Shown here piece after piece: positions 44,025 through 58,368 of a DNA stretch of 64,000 nucleotides. Origin of the DNA: Squalus acanthias (Eukaryota); NCBI GenBank assembly GCA_030390025.1, contig CM059432.1, positions 71,302,001 through 71,366,000 of the forward strand, read 5' to 3'. The translations under genes were made by a program, and so were the position numbers. How positions within the stretch are numbered: the stretch's first letter is position 1; the number at the start of each line of letters is the position of its first letter. The notes under the pieces are model-generated. The model did no database searches, was not told the origin of the DNA, and was given only the letters and a program-made list of their open reading frames with translations.

Positions 44025-45205
44025 AAAGAGTGAGAAAAGTCCAAGAGGCATACAGAAACTTCAAACGAATTCTGAAACAGATATGTATTTAGCTTTTTGT
44101 AAAGGAGTTAATTAATATCATATTAATTGATTATCACATATATCCATTGGTCTGTACAAAAAGAAATTATCTTTTAATCTCTACTCTCACTTGAGGTTTT
44201 TGTTAATTTTGTATTTCTATGACTACGGTCTCCTCATGTCATGCATGCCAGTTGTATAAGTTTGTGCAAATCCTGTACTGAGGAACAGTTCATCAGTGAA
44301 GCAGCTACTTCAAACCTGGATGAACCTACATAAATATACTGTGAGAATCCCCAGTCCTATATAGGAAATCACCCTTTGGAACCAGACCACTCCAGAGCAT
44401 TCAGTTTTAGCATTCAAATGAACTTTAAGAGCATTGGAGGAAGAAATTGCAAACTGAGTCATCAAATACAAAGAAATGAAGGACTAAATATGGTTAATAA
44501 GGGGGCAACCTTTGTGTTCCAGCCACCCTGCTTGGATCTAAAACTGGGGTGTTAGAGGAAGCAAAATAGGTTGGTTGGAATATCAACTTACTTCTTGGTT
44601 CCCACACATTCCAATTTTCAGGCAGACCTCAATCTAGGCGTCCGGACCCCTTGGAAGCAGGAGGAAGGCTCAGGGATATATGTCATTCGGGGTCAGATAA
44701 TATAGGCATGAACCTCAACACCTTATCTCTGTCCATCAGATGGCCACCAGTTACTGCCCCCGCCTATCAAACATGTGTGGTAGAAGTCTGAAGGTGGCCA
44801 TTTTGAGTGCATGTTAAAGGGATCCTCAGCTGCAGTCAGGTTTGGCACATCTTTATTTTGTAGTTCCTTGTAGGTTTTGAGGCTTAAAAATTCCACAATT
44901 AATGTCCTTGCTGCTCTAGGTGCTCCAAAAATTTTGCCTGCTCCAGAAAACTGGTGCCTCTTCTCATTCCTGATCCTTCCACCCCTTCCCTTTAAGGTGC
45001 TGCTGAAGGCCCTTCAAACTTGGCCCTCCCATCAGATGTCCTGCCCCCAGATTGCAAGCTGCCTATCGCGAACATGTTTAACACTGCCAGCTCACCAAAT
45101 TAATGTAAATGAGGCCAGGCCATAAAAATGGCACCAGCTGCCATTGGGCTGCTGATGCTCACTATGTGTTCCACACTAAAATCACCCACCAACATTAAGT
45201 ATATT

Positions 45206-45967
45206 GGGCCAGAAATTCGGCTCTTGTTGGGTGAGTACGCACTGTGTACTCACCCATAAGGCCACCTGAAGTGCCGGTTTCCTGCATGCACTGCGCATGT
45301 GTGGGAAACCGGAACTTCTGTTCCCCTGAAGGCAGGGGTTCAGAAGTCGAACGCGTGCGCGGGAGAGGCTGCGTGCACGCAGCGAACTTTGTTTTTTTTT
45401 TCAGGTTTCTCCGGGAGGGTAAGTATGGAGAAGCTGCACTTTTAAAAAGGAGGCGCAAGGCCTGTTTTTAACAAGGTAAGTGGTTAATTAATTACAATTT
45501 AAACATTTTTTCAACAGGTTTATCTTTTTTAGATACTTTAAAGAAAGGTAAGTTTATTTTTAGCACTGTTAAAAAGTATAATTAATTTTTTCAAAAATGT
45601 AATTTTTTGTTTAAAGTAGTTAATTTATGTAACTTAGTTATTTTAAAAATGTGATTTAAAAAAATAATGTATTTGAAGTTTAAGTGTGGTTTTGGGGCCG
45701 ATCTCTATTCATAGATTTGACAGGTCTTCCTGTCAAATCTATGAATGAGAATGCCCTGTTAGGATTGGCTCTCCATGGCCCACGTGATCCCAGGGGACGC
45801 TTCGAACTAACTGTGCCCCTGGGATACGCAAACACTGCGCGCCGGCAGCTGGAGGAGGCCCAGGAGCCGAAGTCCTCGTGGGCCCAAAGCACAACAGCAG
45901 GTGCGGTAGGCAAGTACGGCGCGCATGCTTGCACCCGCAGGAAGCCGGAAAGCCGAATTTCTGGCCC
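45206..45967. mobile_element. Harbinger-type MITE (hairpin family)
   Basis: 17-bp TIR GGGCCAGAAATTCGGCT/AGCCGAATTTCTGGCCC. Confidence 0.88.
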
Positions 45968-46975
45968 AATTTTAAATACAAACTAATATTTCTGATTATT
46001 ACACATTTGATTTCTGTCTCTACATTTGATTTGCTCAACTATTTTTGCCATTACAGTTGTTTACTTTGTCGATCATGACTGTCATATTATTTATATAAAT
46101 GACAATCATGTATATATTTATGTTTCTCCATGTCTGTCCCTGTGCATCTCTGAAAAGTGGATTCCTCTGTTGGATGAATAATAGCCATTGAAACACAGGG
46201 AGGCATTATGGATCTAAAGTCAATTTTGTAGAATAATTACTAAGATCAAGCAGGAGCTGGACATGCAATGCTCCACAATGTGTGACAATACTATATGACA
46301 AGCTGAAATGAGCCCATGATAGGAAGACAAACAGATTAAATAAAATAGCTTCACTTCATCTGAACAGAATTGGCAGTCATTCAGCTGTTTTTCTACTTTT
46401 TGTATGAACTCTTCCCTCTGGCTCCCAGCAGCCGTAATTAGTCGTATCTGCTATTTCTGTTCTTTGCAATGATTTTTTCCCCCTTTTGTTTCGCAAAATG
46501 GGGTTCCATTTAAAAAGAAAATAAATTGCTAGTCACAGCTCAAAAAATACCCAACTGCACTACTGAATTTGTGTAAGTACCAGGACCACTGTAGTTTTTT
46601 CAATTGACAGCTTCTTATTCTCTTTGGCCTCATCTGGAATGAGCAATGTGCTCTGCAGGTGTGAGATAAAGAAGACTGCCTACAGCTTTACATTGTGTGA
46701 CCAAGTTCAATTTTTCTGAGCTGATAGCACTTATTTAAAAATGGAGTGAAAAAAAATTCAATACAATATAATGGCCTCATGTCTGATAACAGGAGCACTG
46801 GTTTTTGGAAAATTCCAATCAGAAAATAGGGAAATATTGCATGCATATTTAAAGGGGCATTGCTTGCTTGAGAGTTTTTGGCAAACCTTTTTTCATTTGC
46901 TTATGAACATATAATACAATGATGTAAATTGTGATGTTATGTATCATTTTGTCATCTGTAAATGATATCATGATT

Positions 46976-47703
46976 GGGCCAAAAATTCGGCCCTTGCCGG
47001 GTGAGTACGCACTGTGTACTCACCCGTAAGGCGTCCTGAAGTGCCGGTTTCCTGCATGCACTGTGCATGTGCGGGAAACCGGAACTTCCGGTCTGGTGAA
47101 GGGGGCGGTTCATAGGTGAACCGCGTGCGCAGTAGAGGCTGCGCGCACGCAGCAAACTTAGGTTTTTTTTCAGGTTTCTACGGGAGGGTAAGTATTGAAG
47201 AACCTACGCTTTTAAAAAGGAGGCGCAGGACCCGTTTTCAACAAGGTAAGTGGTTAATTAATTACAATTTAAAACATTTTTCAACAGGTTTATCTTTTTT
47301 AGATACTTTAAAGAAAGGTAAGTTTATTTTTAGCACTCTTAAAAAGTATTTTAATTTTTTCAAAAATTTAAATTTTTGTTTAAAGTAGTTAATTTATTTA
47401 ACTTATAGTTATTTTATAAATGTGATGGTTTTTTAAAAATTTATTTTAAGTTTAGCTGTTCTTTTGGGGCCGATTTCAATTCATAGATTTGACAGGTCTT
47501 CCTGTCAAATCTATGAATGAAAGATGGTCTGCTGCCATTGGCTCTCCATGGCCCACGTGATCCCAGGGGACGCATCGCACTAACTACGCCCCTGGGACAC
47601 GCAAGCACTGCGCGCCGGCACTTGGAGCAGGCCCAGGAGCTGTAGGTAAGTGCGCGCACGATCCTTACCCCCGCGGCAAGCCGGAGAGGCGAATTTCAGG
47701 GCC
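46976..47703. mobile_element. Harbinger-type MITE (hairpin family, close copy of 45206-45967)
   Basis: High similarity along its length; TSD ATT. Confidence 0.88.
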
Positions 47704-48136
47704 ATTGTAATCTTATATTATATTACAAGATGGAATGAGTGTGATAAACAGTACTCTTCTTCCCATAGCTAGCAAATAAACAAATTAAAGTTTTCCAAGT
47801 ACTTTCTCCTAAAGACAGTGCCCCTTTAATTAATCTGAGACATCATAATTCCTTGTTACATCTGTAAGATAAAACACATGCCAGTGACGCTGGATTTGGA
47901 TCCAATTTACTACCAATCCACCTTCTTATGCAAATTGTTAATATTTGCCTTTTTTTCCTTCAATTTTCTGCTCTTCTGTCTGAAGGCACTGACTTATGCT
48001 GAAACATAATTACATAGGCGCCAGTCACCCTCCAGTAGCTCACTGATGTGACCATTTTTTATGTATAAGTAATCTCAACAGGCTATTCAATCAAAGTGGT
48101 GGAGAGGATCATCACCAAACCAAATGCTGCCATTAC

Positions 48137-48945
48137 ATAGAAACATAGAAACATAGAAAATAGGTGCAGGAGTAGACCATTCGGTCCTTCGAGCCTGCAC
48201 CGCCATTCAATGCGTTCATGGCTGAACATGCTACCTCAGTACCCCATTCCTGCTTTCTCGCCATACCCCTTGATCCCCCTAGTTGAGAGTATTATATCTA
48301 ACTCCCTTTTGAATATATTTAGCGAACTGGCCTCAACAACCTTCTGTGGTGGAGAATTCCACAGATTCACCACACTCTGGGTGAAGAAGTTCCTCCTCAT
48401 CTCAGTCTTAAATGGCTTCCCCTTTATCCTTAGACTGTGACCCCTGGTTTTAGTTTTCCCTAACATTGGAAACATTCTGCCCGCATCTAATTTGTCTAAA
48501 CCAGTCAGGATTTTAAACGTCTCTATAAGATCCCCCCTCATTCTTCTGAACTCCAGAGGATACAAGTTCAGTTGATCCAGTCTTTCTTGATATGTCAGTC
48601 TGGCCATCCCAGGAATCAATCTAGTGAACCTTCGTTGCACTCCCTCAATAGCAAGAATGTCCTTCCTCAAGTTAGGAGACCAAAACTGCACACAATACTC
48701 CAGGTGTGGCCCCACCAAGGCCCTGTACAACTGCAGCATCACCTCCCTACTCCTGTACTCAAATCCCCTTGCTATGAAGGCCATCATGCCATTTGCTTTC
48801 TTGACTGCCTGCTGCACTTGCCTTCCCACCTTCAGTGACTGATGTACCATGACGCCCAGGTCTCGTTGCACCTCCCCTTTCCCTAATCTGCCACCATTCA
48901 GGTAATAGTCTGCCTCCCTATTTTTACCACCAAAGTGGATAACCT
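48137..48945 (-). mobile_element. CR1 LINE 3' fragment with (CATAGAAA)n tail
   Basis: ORF 48236-48871 is a CR1 ORF2 C-terminus; octamer tail at 48136-48159. Confidence 0.9.
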
Positions 48946-49058
48946 TATGTTTATACGCACAGCTTCCATCAGCAGTCCACCACTGGAAAGCAAGCAGGAA
49001 TGTTAAAAGCCCAGGCTGAGTTTTGCCCTCTTAAATACAGGAATCCTGTGGTTAATTG

Positions 49059-49795
49059 AGGGTGGAGGGATGGTGAGGGTGGAGGGGTTGGTGGGGTGGG
49101 GAGGGAGAGGATGGAGGGGGTGGGGGGGTTGGAGGGGTGGGGATGGAGGGGATGGGGGGGTGGAGGGGGTGGGAGTGGGGGGTCAGGGGGTGGGAGTGGG
49201 GGGGAGGGGCTGGAGGGGGTGGGAGTGGGGGGAGGGGGTGGGAGTGGGGGGGAGGGGGTGGAGGGGGGGTGGGGGAGGGGGTGGGGGTCGGGATGGGTGG
49301 AGCGGGGGGGGTGGAGGGGTTGGAGGGGGGGGTGAGGGAGGGGATGGAGGGGTGGGGGGGTTGGAGGGGTGGGGAGGGAGGGGGTGGGGGATGGAGGGGG
49401 TGGGAGTGGGGGGGGCAGGGGGTGGAGGGGATGGGGGGGTGGAGGGGGTGGGAGTGGGGGTGGGGGGGTGGAGGAGGTGGGAGTAGGGGGGGCAGGGGGT
49501 GGAGGGGATGGGGGGGTTGGGGTCGGGGTGGAGGGGGTGGGGGGTGGAGGGGGTGGGAGTGGGGTGGAGGGGGTGGGAGTTGGGGGGAGGGGGGGGTGGA
49601 GGCGGTGGGGGGAGGGGTGGGTGGGGGTGGTGGGGGGATGGAGCGGGGGGGGTGGAGAGGTTGGAGGGGTGAGGAGGGAGGGGGTGGAGAGGGTGGGAGC
49701 GGGGGGGGGAGGGGGTGGAGGGGGAGGGGCTGCAGAGGGTGGGGGTGGTGGAGGGGGTGGGGGTCGGGGTGGGTGGGGTGGGTGGGGGTGATGGT
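49059..49795. repeat. G-rich low-complexity tract inside a MITE-like element (about 49011-50210)
   Basis: About 735 bp of GGAGGGGGT/GGGAGT variants, with almost no C on the + strand. Confidence 0.92.
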
Positions 49796-52165
49796 GCTGT
49801 TTTAGTGTCCAAGGTAGGGGAGCTTTAAACTTTTCTTGTGGGGCCCAGAGGAGCACTTCTGCTCCTCCTGGCCCCACAAGGAAATTAAAATAACTTACCT
49901 TTAATGGCCTCTTCTGGTCCTGGATTCTCTTCCTACTGTCTTCATTTGATGGCAAAGCCGCAGTGGCTTCCCTGCTCAGGCCAGAGTTAAAATTGTGTTT
50001 GGGGCCCAATGACGTCGTCAGACTCTGATCTACACATTTAAAGAACGACCCCGCTGGCTTCAGGCAGGTGCTTTTGCCATTTGCACAGAAGAGCGGGTTA
50101 AAATCAGGATCACCACAAAACAGCTGGGAATTCAGTGGGTAAGTCATCCAGGACCTTTTAACTGCCCACCTGCTGGGTTCTTCCAGGCAAGTAGGGTTAA
50201 AATCGCCCCCATAGATACCAAACACATCAGCGTGTTTTAAAGGAAAAGGATATTCTGTTATGAAAGGAGCACCATCTGCATGGAAATGTATTGAGCAAAT
50301 CTATTCAGTTATTTAATAAACAATTTGCACTTATATAATGCCTCATCACATCTATCAGAGACGTTTGAAACCACTTTACATGCAAAGAATTATTTTGAAG
50401 TACAGTGGAGTAGATTCTGACTTCGAGTGATAGTGTAAAATGGGTGATAGTGAATCAGCAGCCCGTTTTACATCTCTCCAGATTTTTATTTCCATTGACT
50501 TCACTGTGTGCTCCTCCTGGCTCCACAGCAGTTGTGAAGAACGTTGCCGTCCCCAGCTCATCCACCCTCCTGAACGCCCCTTCTCGATTGCCCCCCACCC
50601 TCTCGATCACCACCCCTTCCCTTCCAATTGTCTCCCTGAGGGCTGCTGCCGGGGAGGCAGCCGGGCCAGCCTCTTCCTCATGGGACTGCCGAGCTACCTC
50701 TGGACACCTGATTAGTGCCCCTAGCTCGCTGACAGTATGCTGATAAGGCCAGAGGGCAAATTTCAGGTGAGCCTCAGGCCTCCAGCTTCTGGCATGGGCT
50801 CCCAACGCGCAGCCTATTTCAGGCCTGAAAATGAGCCAAAACAAATTCGCACCCCATGATATTAATGACATAAATTGAACAGAATTGCCTCAGAATTGTA
50901 TGAAGTCATCATGATGGTAATGATTGAATGCTATTCTCTTTCATGAAGACTGTGTCTCTTTAAGCTTGATAAACATTCTCAGTTTCTGTCTCTATCAAGT
51001 CACAGCTGTATTCAATCCGAAATGTAGCAAGTTACAATCTTTCATCTCCCTGTTTTATGAATACTAACAGTAATCCTTTGAGCTTTTTTCTATTGTTCTT
51101 TCTAAACCCAAATGCACCAAACTACATAGCCCTCCTCCTGCCTGCATTCCCACTGGATTCAAATCAAAACTCATTGCAGGCTCCTACTCTAATTCAGTTA
51201 TGACTAAGGTCACTCAGAACGAAGAAATTCCTTACCTCCCTCAGTTTTTTTCTTTCTCTTACACTCTTCAGGCTTTTGAAACCTAAGGTTGGCATCACCT
51301 ACATCACAATTTACCTTGTAAAATTATATTATCAATTTAGTAGTACATTTTTATTATTTTCACCCTTGGTGGTGTCCTGCACAATAAACTCTAAGGTCTG
51401 TATAACTGAAACCCTTGCAGCGGGATTAGCAGCAACTGGAATACTGCTCAAGTGATTGGCTAAGCACTAATTAATTTTTTTGGAACTGACTAAAGTACAA
51501 ATGATAACAATGTAACTTGGATTATGTAAATCATGTTTAGAATTAATGGAATTAACTTTTTAAATTGCAATCTAATTAAAATGTAAATTGACGTGAATTA
51601 ATTATATTAATGATATCATTTACATATCACATTTTAAACAAATTAGGATTATTTCAGTGAGGCTCGATGTAGACCATGTTTTCCTGAATGCAGCCAGCCC
51701 AGTGTCGGCAGCATTAATGAAGACCAATTTTGGGAAGGACACCTGATTACTTGTGTATGTAAAGGGGCTAATAACTGTTTCAGGCACAGGCCCTGACTTC
51801 TCTTTTTCTGCCTTCACCAATAAGGTGGGCAGCGCACTCCCAGCATGAAATGTGTGCACGCCGCCACCTGAAATATTGGATGTTTAGTTGCTCATTTTAC
51901 ACCAAATCATCCAATTTCTAAGCATTTCTCTGTTACCCAGCTTCAAGTAATTAACATCATCTTAGATCTTAAGAAATACAGCACAGAGTTTACACTAAAC
52001 AGAAGTACATAGAAGTTACAACATGGAAACAGACAACTCAGGCAAACTAGTTTGTGCTGGCATTTATTCACGTTGGTGAAAATAACATAAGTCTGAAGAT
52101 AAAAGAAAAAGGAGATGAGAGTAAAGGTCAGACCAATGTAAGGAACAAGGGTAACTCAAACGGTC

Positions 52166-52400
52166 AGGGAACAAATTCAGGCTCGTATTTTCCGCTGCCT
52201 ACGGGTATGTACGTGGTGCATACGCACTCGTAAGGGCCCCGCAAGTTCCAGGTTTTCGTGCGCTGATGCGCATGCACAAAAACCCGGAACTTGCGATCTG
52301 TCAAGAATCGTAGCGATCCCCGGGAAAAGGGCATTCGCGGGCAGAGAGTTGGGCTATTTGCCCAACTACTGCCCAGAGAATGCCCGTGAAATGCCTGGCA
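52166..52400. mobile_element. Truncated left arm of the hairpin MITE family
   Basis: Same order of GTAC hairpin, GCATGC hairpin and GATCTGTCAAG as 61367-61500. Confidence 0.55.
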
Positions 52401-53010
52401 TTTTTTTCTTTTATTCATTTATGGGATGTGGGCGTCGCTGGCAAGGCCAGCATTTATTACCCATCCCTAATTACTCTTGAGAAGGTGGTGGTGAGCCGCC
52501 TTTTTGAACCGCTGCAGTCCGTGTGGTGAAGGTACTCCCACAGTGCTGTTAGGGAGGGAGTTCCAGGATTTTGATCCAGTGACGATGAAGGAACGGCGAT
52601 ATACTTCTAAGTAAGGATGGTGTGTGACTTGGAGGGGAACTTGGAGGTGGTGATGTTCCCATGCGCCTGCTGCCCTTGTCCTTCTAGATGGGAGAGGTTG
52701 CGGGTTTGGGAGGTGCTGCCGAAGAAGCCTTGGCGAGTTGGTACACACTGCAGCCACGGTACGCCGGTGGTGGAGGGAGTGAATGTTTAAGGTGGTGGAT
52801 GGGGTGCCAATCAAGCGGGCTGCTTTGTCCTGGATGATGTCGAGCTTCTTGAGTGTTGTTGGAGCTGCAATCATCCAGGCAAGTGGAGAGTATTCCATCA
52901 CACTCCTTACTTGTGCCTTGTAGATGGTGGAAAAGCTTAGGGGAGTCAGGAGGTGAGACACTCGCCGGAGAATACCCAGCCTTTGACCTGCTCTTATTGC
53001 CACAGTAGTT
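52400..53010 (-). mobile_element. CR1/L2-group LINE 3' fragment
   Basis: YKAQVRSVMEYSPLAW...Q.KAARLI motif; A-rich tail. Confidence 0.88.
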
Positions 53011-56000
53011 ATGGTATCTATCAGATCAGCATGGCTGCCACTTATGCTGTCAAACCTTGAACCTCAGAATCGGACCAAGATGAGCTCCAGCACCAACAAC
53101 ATCAGCCACACCAGCAGCAGCCGCAACCACAACAGCAGCCTTCTCCTCCATGACCTGATGCTCCACAGGAGAGAGGGGATCAGCACAAGGCTGCACCACG
53201 GTGGAGGCGATACCCCCAACACAGGGTATACAGGCAGAGGATGAGCTTCCTGGACATGACTGAACAACAGTTTTTCAGGATACTCAGGCTATTGCGCCAG
53301 CTCATCACTGACATTTGCAGCTTGCTGGAACAAGACCTGCTGCCCAGAGGACCTGGTGGACACTCCTTACCGGTGGCTGTCAAAATCACCGCCGCCCTCA
53401 ACTTCTTCACCTCAGGCTCCTTCCAGGGATCTGCCCAGACATTTGCAGCATCTCGCAGTCGGCCGCCCACAGATGCATCACCCAGGTGACACAAGTCTGC
53501 CACTTATGTGCAGCTTGCCACTGATGAGCCAGTGTTACTGAGCAGGCGCTCGGCTTTGTGGCTCTGGCTGACTTTCCACAGGTGCAGGGCATCATTGACT
53601 GCACACATGTGGCCATCAAGGCACCCCATCATCACCCAGGAGTGTTTGTGAACCGCAAGGGCTTCCACTCTCAATGTGCAGCTCATCTGCAACCATAAAA
53701 AGATCATCATGCACGTGTGCGTCAGTTTCCCTGGCAGCTGTCATGACTCTTTCGTGCTGCGCCAGTCCACCCTCCCTCAACTCTTCGCCCCTCCAAATAG
53801 ACTTACCGGCTGGCTGCTTGGAGACATGGCTGATGAAATGCTTGAGGAGGCCAAGTAATGAGGCCAAGGAGTGCTATAATGATAGCCACATGTCCACCAA
53901 ATGTGTCATACAGCAAGCAATCAGCATGATGAAGATGCGCTTCAGATGCCTTGACAGATCTGGAGCTGCCCTTCAGTACGTACCAGACAGAGTCTACAGA
54001 ATCATCGTTGCTGCTGTGCATTGTCCAATATAGCGCAGCAGCAAGGATTGGAGCTGCAGGAGGAGCAAGGCGCAGAGTGCACAGCCTCTTCGGAGGAGCA
54101 GGAGGAGGAGGAGGAGGAACAGGTGGAACATAAGGAGGGGGAGGAACAGGTAGAACATGAGCAGGAGGAGGAAGAGGAACCTGGGATGGAGATGGCACCA
54201 GCAGCAGTGCACATTGCTCTCCGGGAGGCCCGGGATGGCCTCATAATGGCCAGATTTACTTAACTTGCACCAGTCCACCCATATGGCTGCCAGACGCTGT
54301 ACCAACTTCCCCCACCCCCAACAACATCACAAAGCAGTCCTACAATGACCAAACCATTCCTGTCACCCAAAACCCCATTGCTCGAGGTTAAGTCATGTCT
54401 CACCATTCACTCCGAGTGACAAAGCCACTTCCCAGGTAACAGACAAAAATGGAAAAGACAGGAAAGTTGTGCAAAGAAATAAATTTATGTACTTCATAAA
54501 TAGAACTGAAACTTAACATTAACATTTTTTCATACACCCATGTGCATACCCTTGTGCATCTAGGATTGTGTCTTTTTTCTTTTCTGAGTGCTTCTACGAG
54601 GTGCAACCCCTATAGCTTCAGCAGATGTAGAGGCAGGTTGCTCACTTCCCTGCTGCGACTGCTTAGACACTTTTGGCGGATGTTGGGTTTTGGAGCCTGT
54701 GAGGGCCCCGCCAAAGACTGCTCCTTCTGCAACTGTGCAGGGGCAGACTCAGTCATCAGGATCCGAGGCAGCATGTGGGGCTCTGAATGAAGGGAAGGAA
54801 ACGAGACAGAAGTGGGAGCGCTTTGAGAAGAGCCCCCACTTACATGTCCCCTCTCAACATCATCCCTCTCATGGGTCACCTGTACTTCCCTGTAAGGAGC
54901 TGGAGAGCACCTTGCTGCACAGCAGTGGGGCGATGGATGCCCAAGTCTAGGTTAATATCCCTCCTCGAGTTGAGGTCAATGAGTGTCTGCAATCTGTTGT
55001 TCAGAGCAAGCATATTCTTGTTGGACTAGCACATTTGCTGCTCCATGCCGGTGGTCATCCTTTCCATGGAACAGCACATCGGCGCCATCACCTGTGAGAT
55101 GGTGGTGCTCATGTTGGAGATGGACTCCTCCATTCCCTGCACATTTGCAGACATCGCAGCTACAAAAGCTACCAGCGCCTCATGCAATTGTTGCTGCCCC
55201 TCCAAGATCACCCTCTTTCCCGATGGCCCCCGAGGTTCAGTATCTGCAAGCAGCTCACAGACCCACCAGGGGTGGCGCCACAGTGGTATACAGTCGGGAA
55301 GGAGTGGCCCTGGGAGTCCAACATTGACTCCAGATGGCTTCAGGTCAAGCATAGGCAAGGAAAGGTCCTTTTGATTACCACCTACCGCTCTCCCTCAGCT
55401 GATGAATCAGTATTCCTCCATGTTGAACACCACTTGGAAGAAGCACTGAGAGTAGCAAGGGCACAGAATGTACTCTGGGTGAGGGACTTCAATGTTTGCA
55501 ACCATCTTCAGCCAGAAGTGCCGAGTGGATGATCCATATCGGCCTACTCCTGAGGTCCCCACCATCACAGAAGCCAGTCTTCAGCCAATTCGATTCACTC
55601 CATGTGATATCAAGAAACAGCTGAGCGCACTGGATACAGCAAAGGCTGTGGGCCCCGACAACATCCCGGCTGTCGTGCTGAATACTTGTGCTCCAGAACT
55701 AGCCGTGCCTCTAGCCAAGCTGTTCCAGTATAGCTACAACACTGGCATCTATCCGACAATGTGGAAAACTGCACAGGTACGTCCTGTCCACAAAAAGCAG
55801 GACAAATCCAACCCGGCCAATTACCGCCCCATCAGTCTACTCTCAATCATCAGCAAAGTGATGGAAGGTGTCATCGAAAGTTCTATCAAGCGGCACTTAC
55901 TCATCAATAACCTGCTCACGGATGAGCAATTTGGGTTCCGCCAAGACCACTCGGCTCCTGACCTCATTACAGCCTTGGTCCAAACATGGACAAAGGAGTT

Positions 56001-57823
56001 GAATTCCAGAGGTGAGGTGAGAGTGACTGCCCTTGACATCAAGGCAGCATTTGACCGAGTCTGGCATCAAGGAGCCCTTGTAAAACTGAAGTCAATGGGA
56101 ATTGGGGGGAAAACGCTCCGCTGGCTGGAGTCATACCTAGCACAAAGGAAGATGGTTGTGATGGTTGAAGGTCAATCATCACAGCCTCAGGACATCGCTG
56201 CAGGAGTTCCTCAGGGCAGTGTCCTAGGTCCAACCATCTTCAGCTGCTTCATCAATGACCTTCTCTCCAACATAAGGTCAGAAATGGGGATGTTCACTGA
56301 TAACTGCACAGTGTTCAGTGCCATTCACAACTCCTCAGATAATGAAGCAGTCCATGCCCACATGCAACAAGACCTAGACGACATTCAGGCTTGGGCTGAT
56401 AAGTGGCAGGTAACATTCGCGCCACAGAAGTGCTACGCAATGATTATCTCCAACAAGCGAGAGTCTAACCACTGCCCCTTGACATTCAACAGTATTGCCA
56501 AATCCCCTACCATCAACATCCTGGGGGTCACCATTGACCAGAAATTTAACTGGACCAGCCACATAAATACTGTGGCAACAAGAGCAGGTCAGAGGCTAGG
56601 TATTCTGTGGCGAATGTCTCACCTCCTGACTCCCTAAAGCCTTTCCACCATCTACAAGGCACAAGTAAGGAGTGTGATGGAATACTCTCCACTTGCCTGG
56701 ATGAGTGCAGCTCCAACAACACTCAAGAAGTGACAAAGCAGCCTACTTGATTGGCACTCCCTCCACCACCAGCGTACCGTGGCTGCAGTGTGTACCATTT
56801 ACAAATGCGCTGCAGCAACTCGCCAAGGTTTCTTCGGCAGCACCTCCCAAACCCGTGACCTCTTCCACCTAGAAGGACAAGGGCAGCAGGCGCATGGGAA
56901 CACCACCACCTCCAAGTTCCCCTCCAAGTCACACACCATCCTGACTTGGTAGTATATCGTCGATCCTTCATTGTTGCTGGGTCAAAATCCTGGAACTCCC
57001 TACCCAACAGCACAGTGGGAGTACCTTCACCACACGGACTGCAGCGGTTCAAGAAGGCGGCTCACCACCACCTTCTCAAGGGCAATTAGGGATGGGCAAT
57101 AAATACTGGCCTTGCCAGCGACGCCCACATCCCATAAATGAATTAAAAAAAGATAGGGATGGGTGGACCTGCAAGGTAGGTTGGTGTGAGGAGTGATATG
57201 CAGGAGTAGGCTTGGGAAGGCACAGTGATGGGGTTGGGGTGACAGGCACATCAGGATGTGGGTGAGTGTGGCATTGCACTCACCTTTCCTGACCTCATGA
57301 GGTCATTGAATCTCTTGCGGCACTGGATCCACGTTCTCCTCACCAAATCCCTGCTAATGATCTCCTCTGCGATGTCTAGCCATGCCCTCTGTCTCTTTTT
57401 CTCGTCTTTTTCTGCCATCCGCAGGGAAGAGGACCTCCCTGCGTGCTCTTGCTCCCTGGATCAGCACTTCCAGGGAGGCATCTGGGAATCTTGGGGCTCC
57501 CCTCTGTCTTTGTGTCTCCATGTCCCACAGAATTGTCAATGTTATTCAGCAATTTAGAGCTCTTGAAATCACCTTGAACACTCCTACAGCAACCTTCAAA
57601 TTAATGTGTGTAAGGCTGCTTTAAATATCCATGCTGAAAACGAGTCATTGGTGACTTGATCCGACTCGCTCCATTTAATTGGGCCGGAAACGCGCATGAC
57701 TGTTTTAATTTGTGCCATTGAGTTAAACGCGCAGTGCAGAACGCACTGTTCAAATCTTCGGGTACCTGTCCCGCTATGCAGACTGCACGCACCCGACCCG
57801 ACTCCAAGGTAAAGATTCTGGCT
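53011..57823. mobile_element. PIF/Harbinger element C: transposase pseudogene (+, about 53030-54263) and Myb/SANT pseudogene (-, about 54590-57520), interrupted by a LINE
   Basis: [14 protein letters not shown] and RFRCLDRSG transposase motifs; APRFPDASLEVL Myb start; terminus AAAGATTCTGGC. Confidence 0.82.
55290..57150 (+). mobile_element. CR1/L2-group LINE, internally deleted, RT largely open (55492-56637)
   Basis: KAVGPDNI, NYRPISLLS, QFGFR, LDIKAAFDRVWH and GVPQGSVLGP motifs; catalytic FADD decayed to FTDN. Confidence 0.9.
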
Positions 57824-57829
57824 GATGTT

Positions 57830-58150
57830 TCCACTTGCAGGTGAAAGCAGAACTAGGGGTCATAAATATAAGATAGTCACTAATAAATCCAATAGGGAAT
57901 TCAGGAGGAATATCTTTACCTAGAGAGTGGTTAGAATGTGGAACTTGCTACCACAAGGAATAGCTGAGGCGAATAGCACAGATGCATTGAAGGGGAAGCT
58001 AGATAAGAACATGAGGCAGAAAGGAATAGAAGGATATGTTGATTGGGTTAGATGAAGAAGGGTGGGAGGAGGCTCATGTGGAGCGTAAACATCGGCATGG
58101 ATCTGTTGGGCCGAATGACCTGGTTCTGTGCAGTAAATACTTTGTAATAT
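57830..58150 (+). mobile_element. CR1-derived 3' fragment; related copy at about 61080-61366 (-)
   Basis: RRNIF..RVVRMWN.LP motif and shared 3' tail. Confidence 0.7.
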
Positions 58151-58368
58151 TTTGTAATACTCTCCATGTGAGTAAAAGGTGCAAATCGCATTTAGCTGCC
58201 AGTTCCCATATCCCTTTATCCCTTTTGCCTTCATCCACCTATCCAATCTAGTCCTGAATGTTGACATATTTTCTTTCTCATCCGCTAACCCTGGAAATGA
58301 ATTCCACAGCTGCACAACTCTGTGTAAAAAAGTTTCTCTTGCTCTCTGATCTAAATTTCTTACATGTT

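Noticed and set aside
48969..50225. 418-aa Pro-rich ORF and overlapping Gly-rich ORFs
   Set aside because: Artefacts of the G-rich low-complexity tract, which lacks stop codons.
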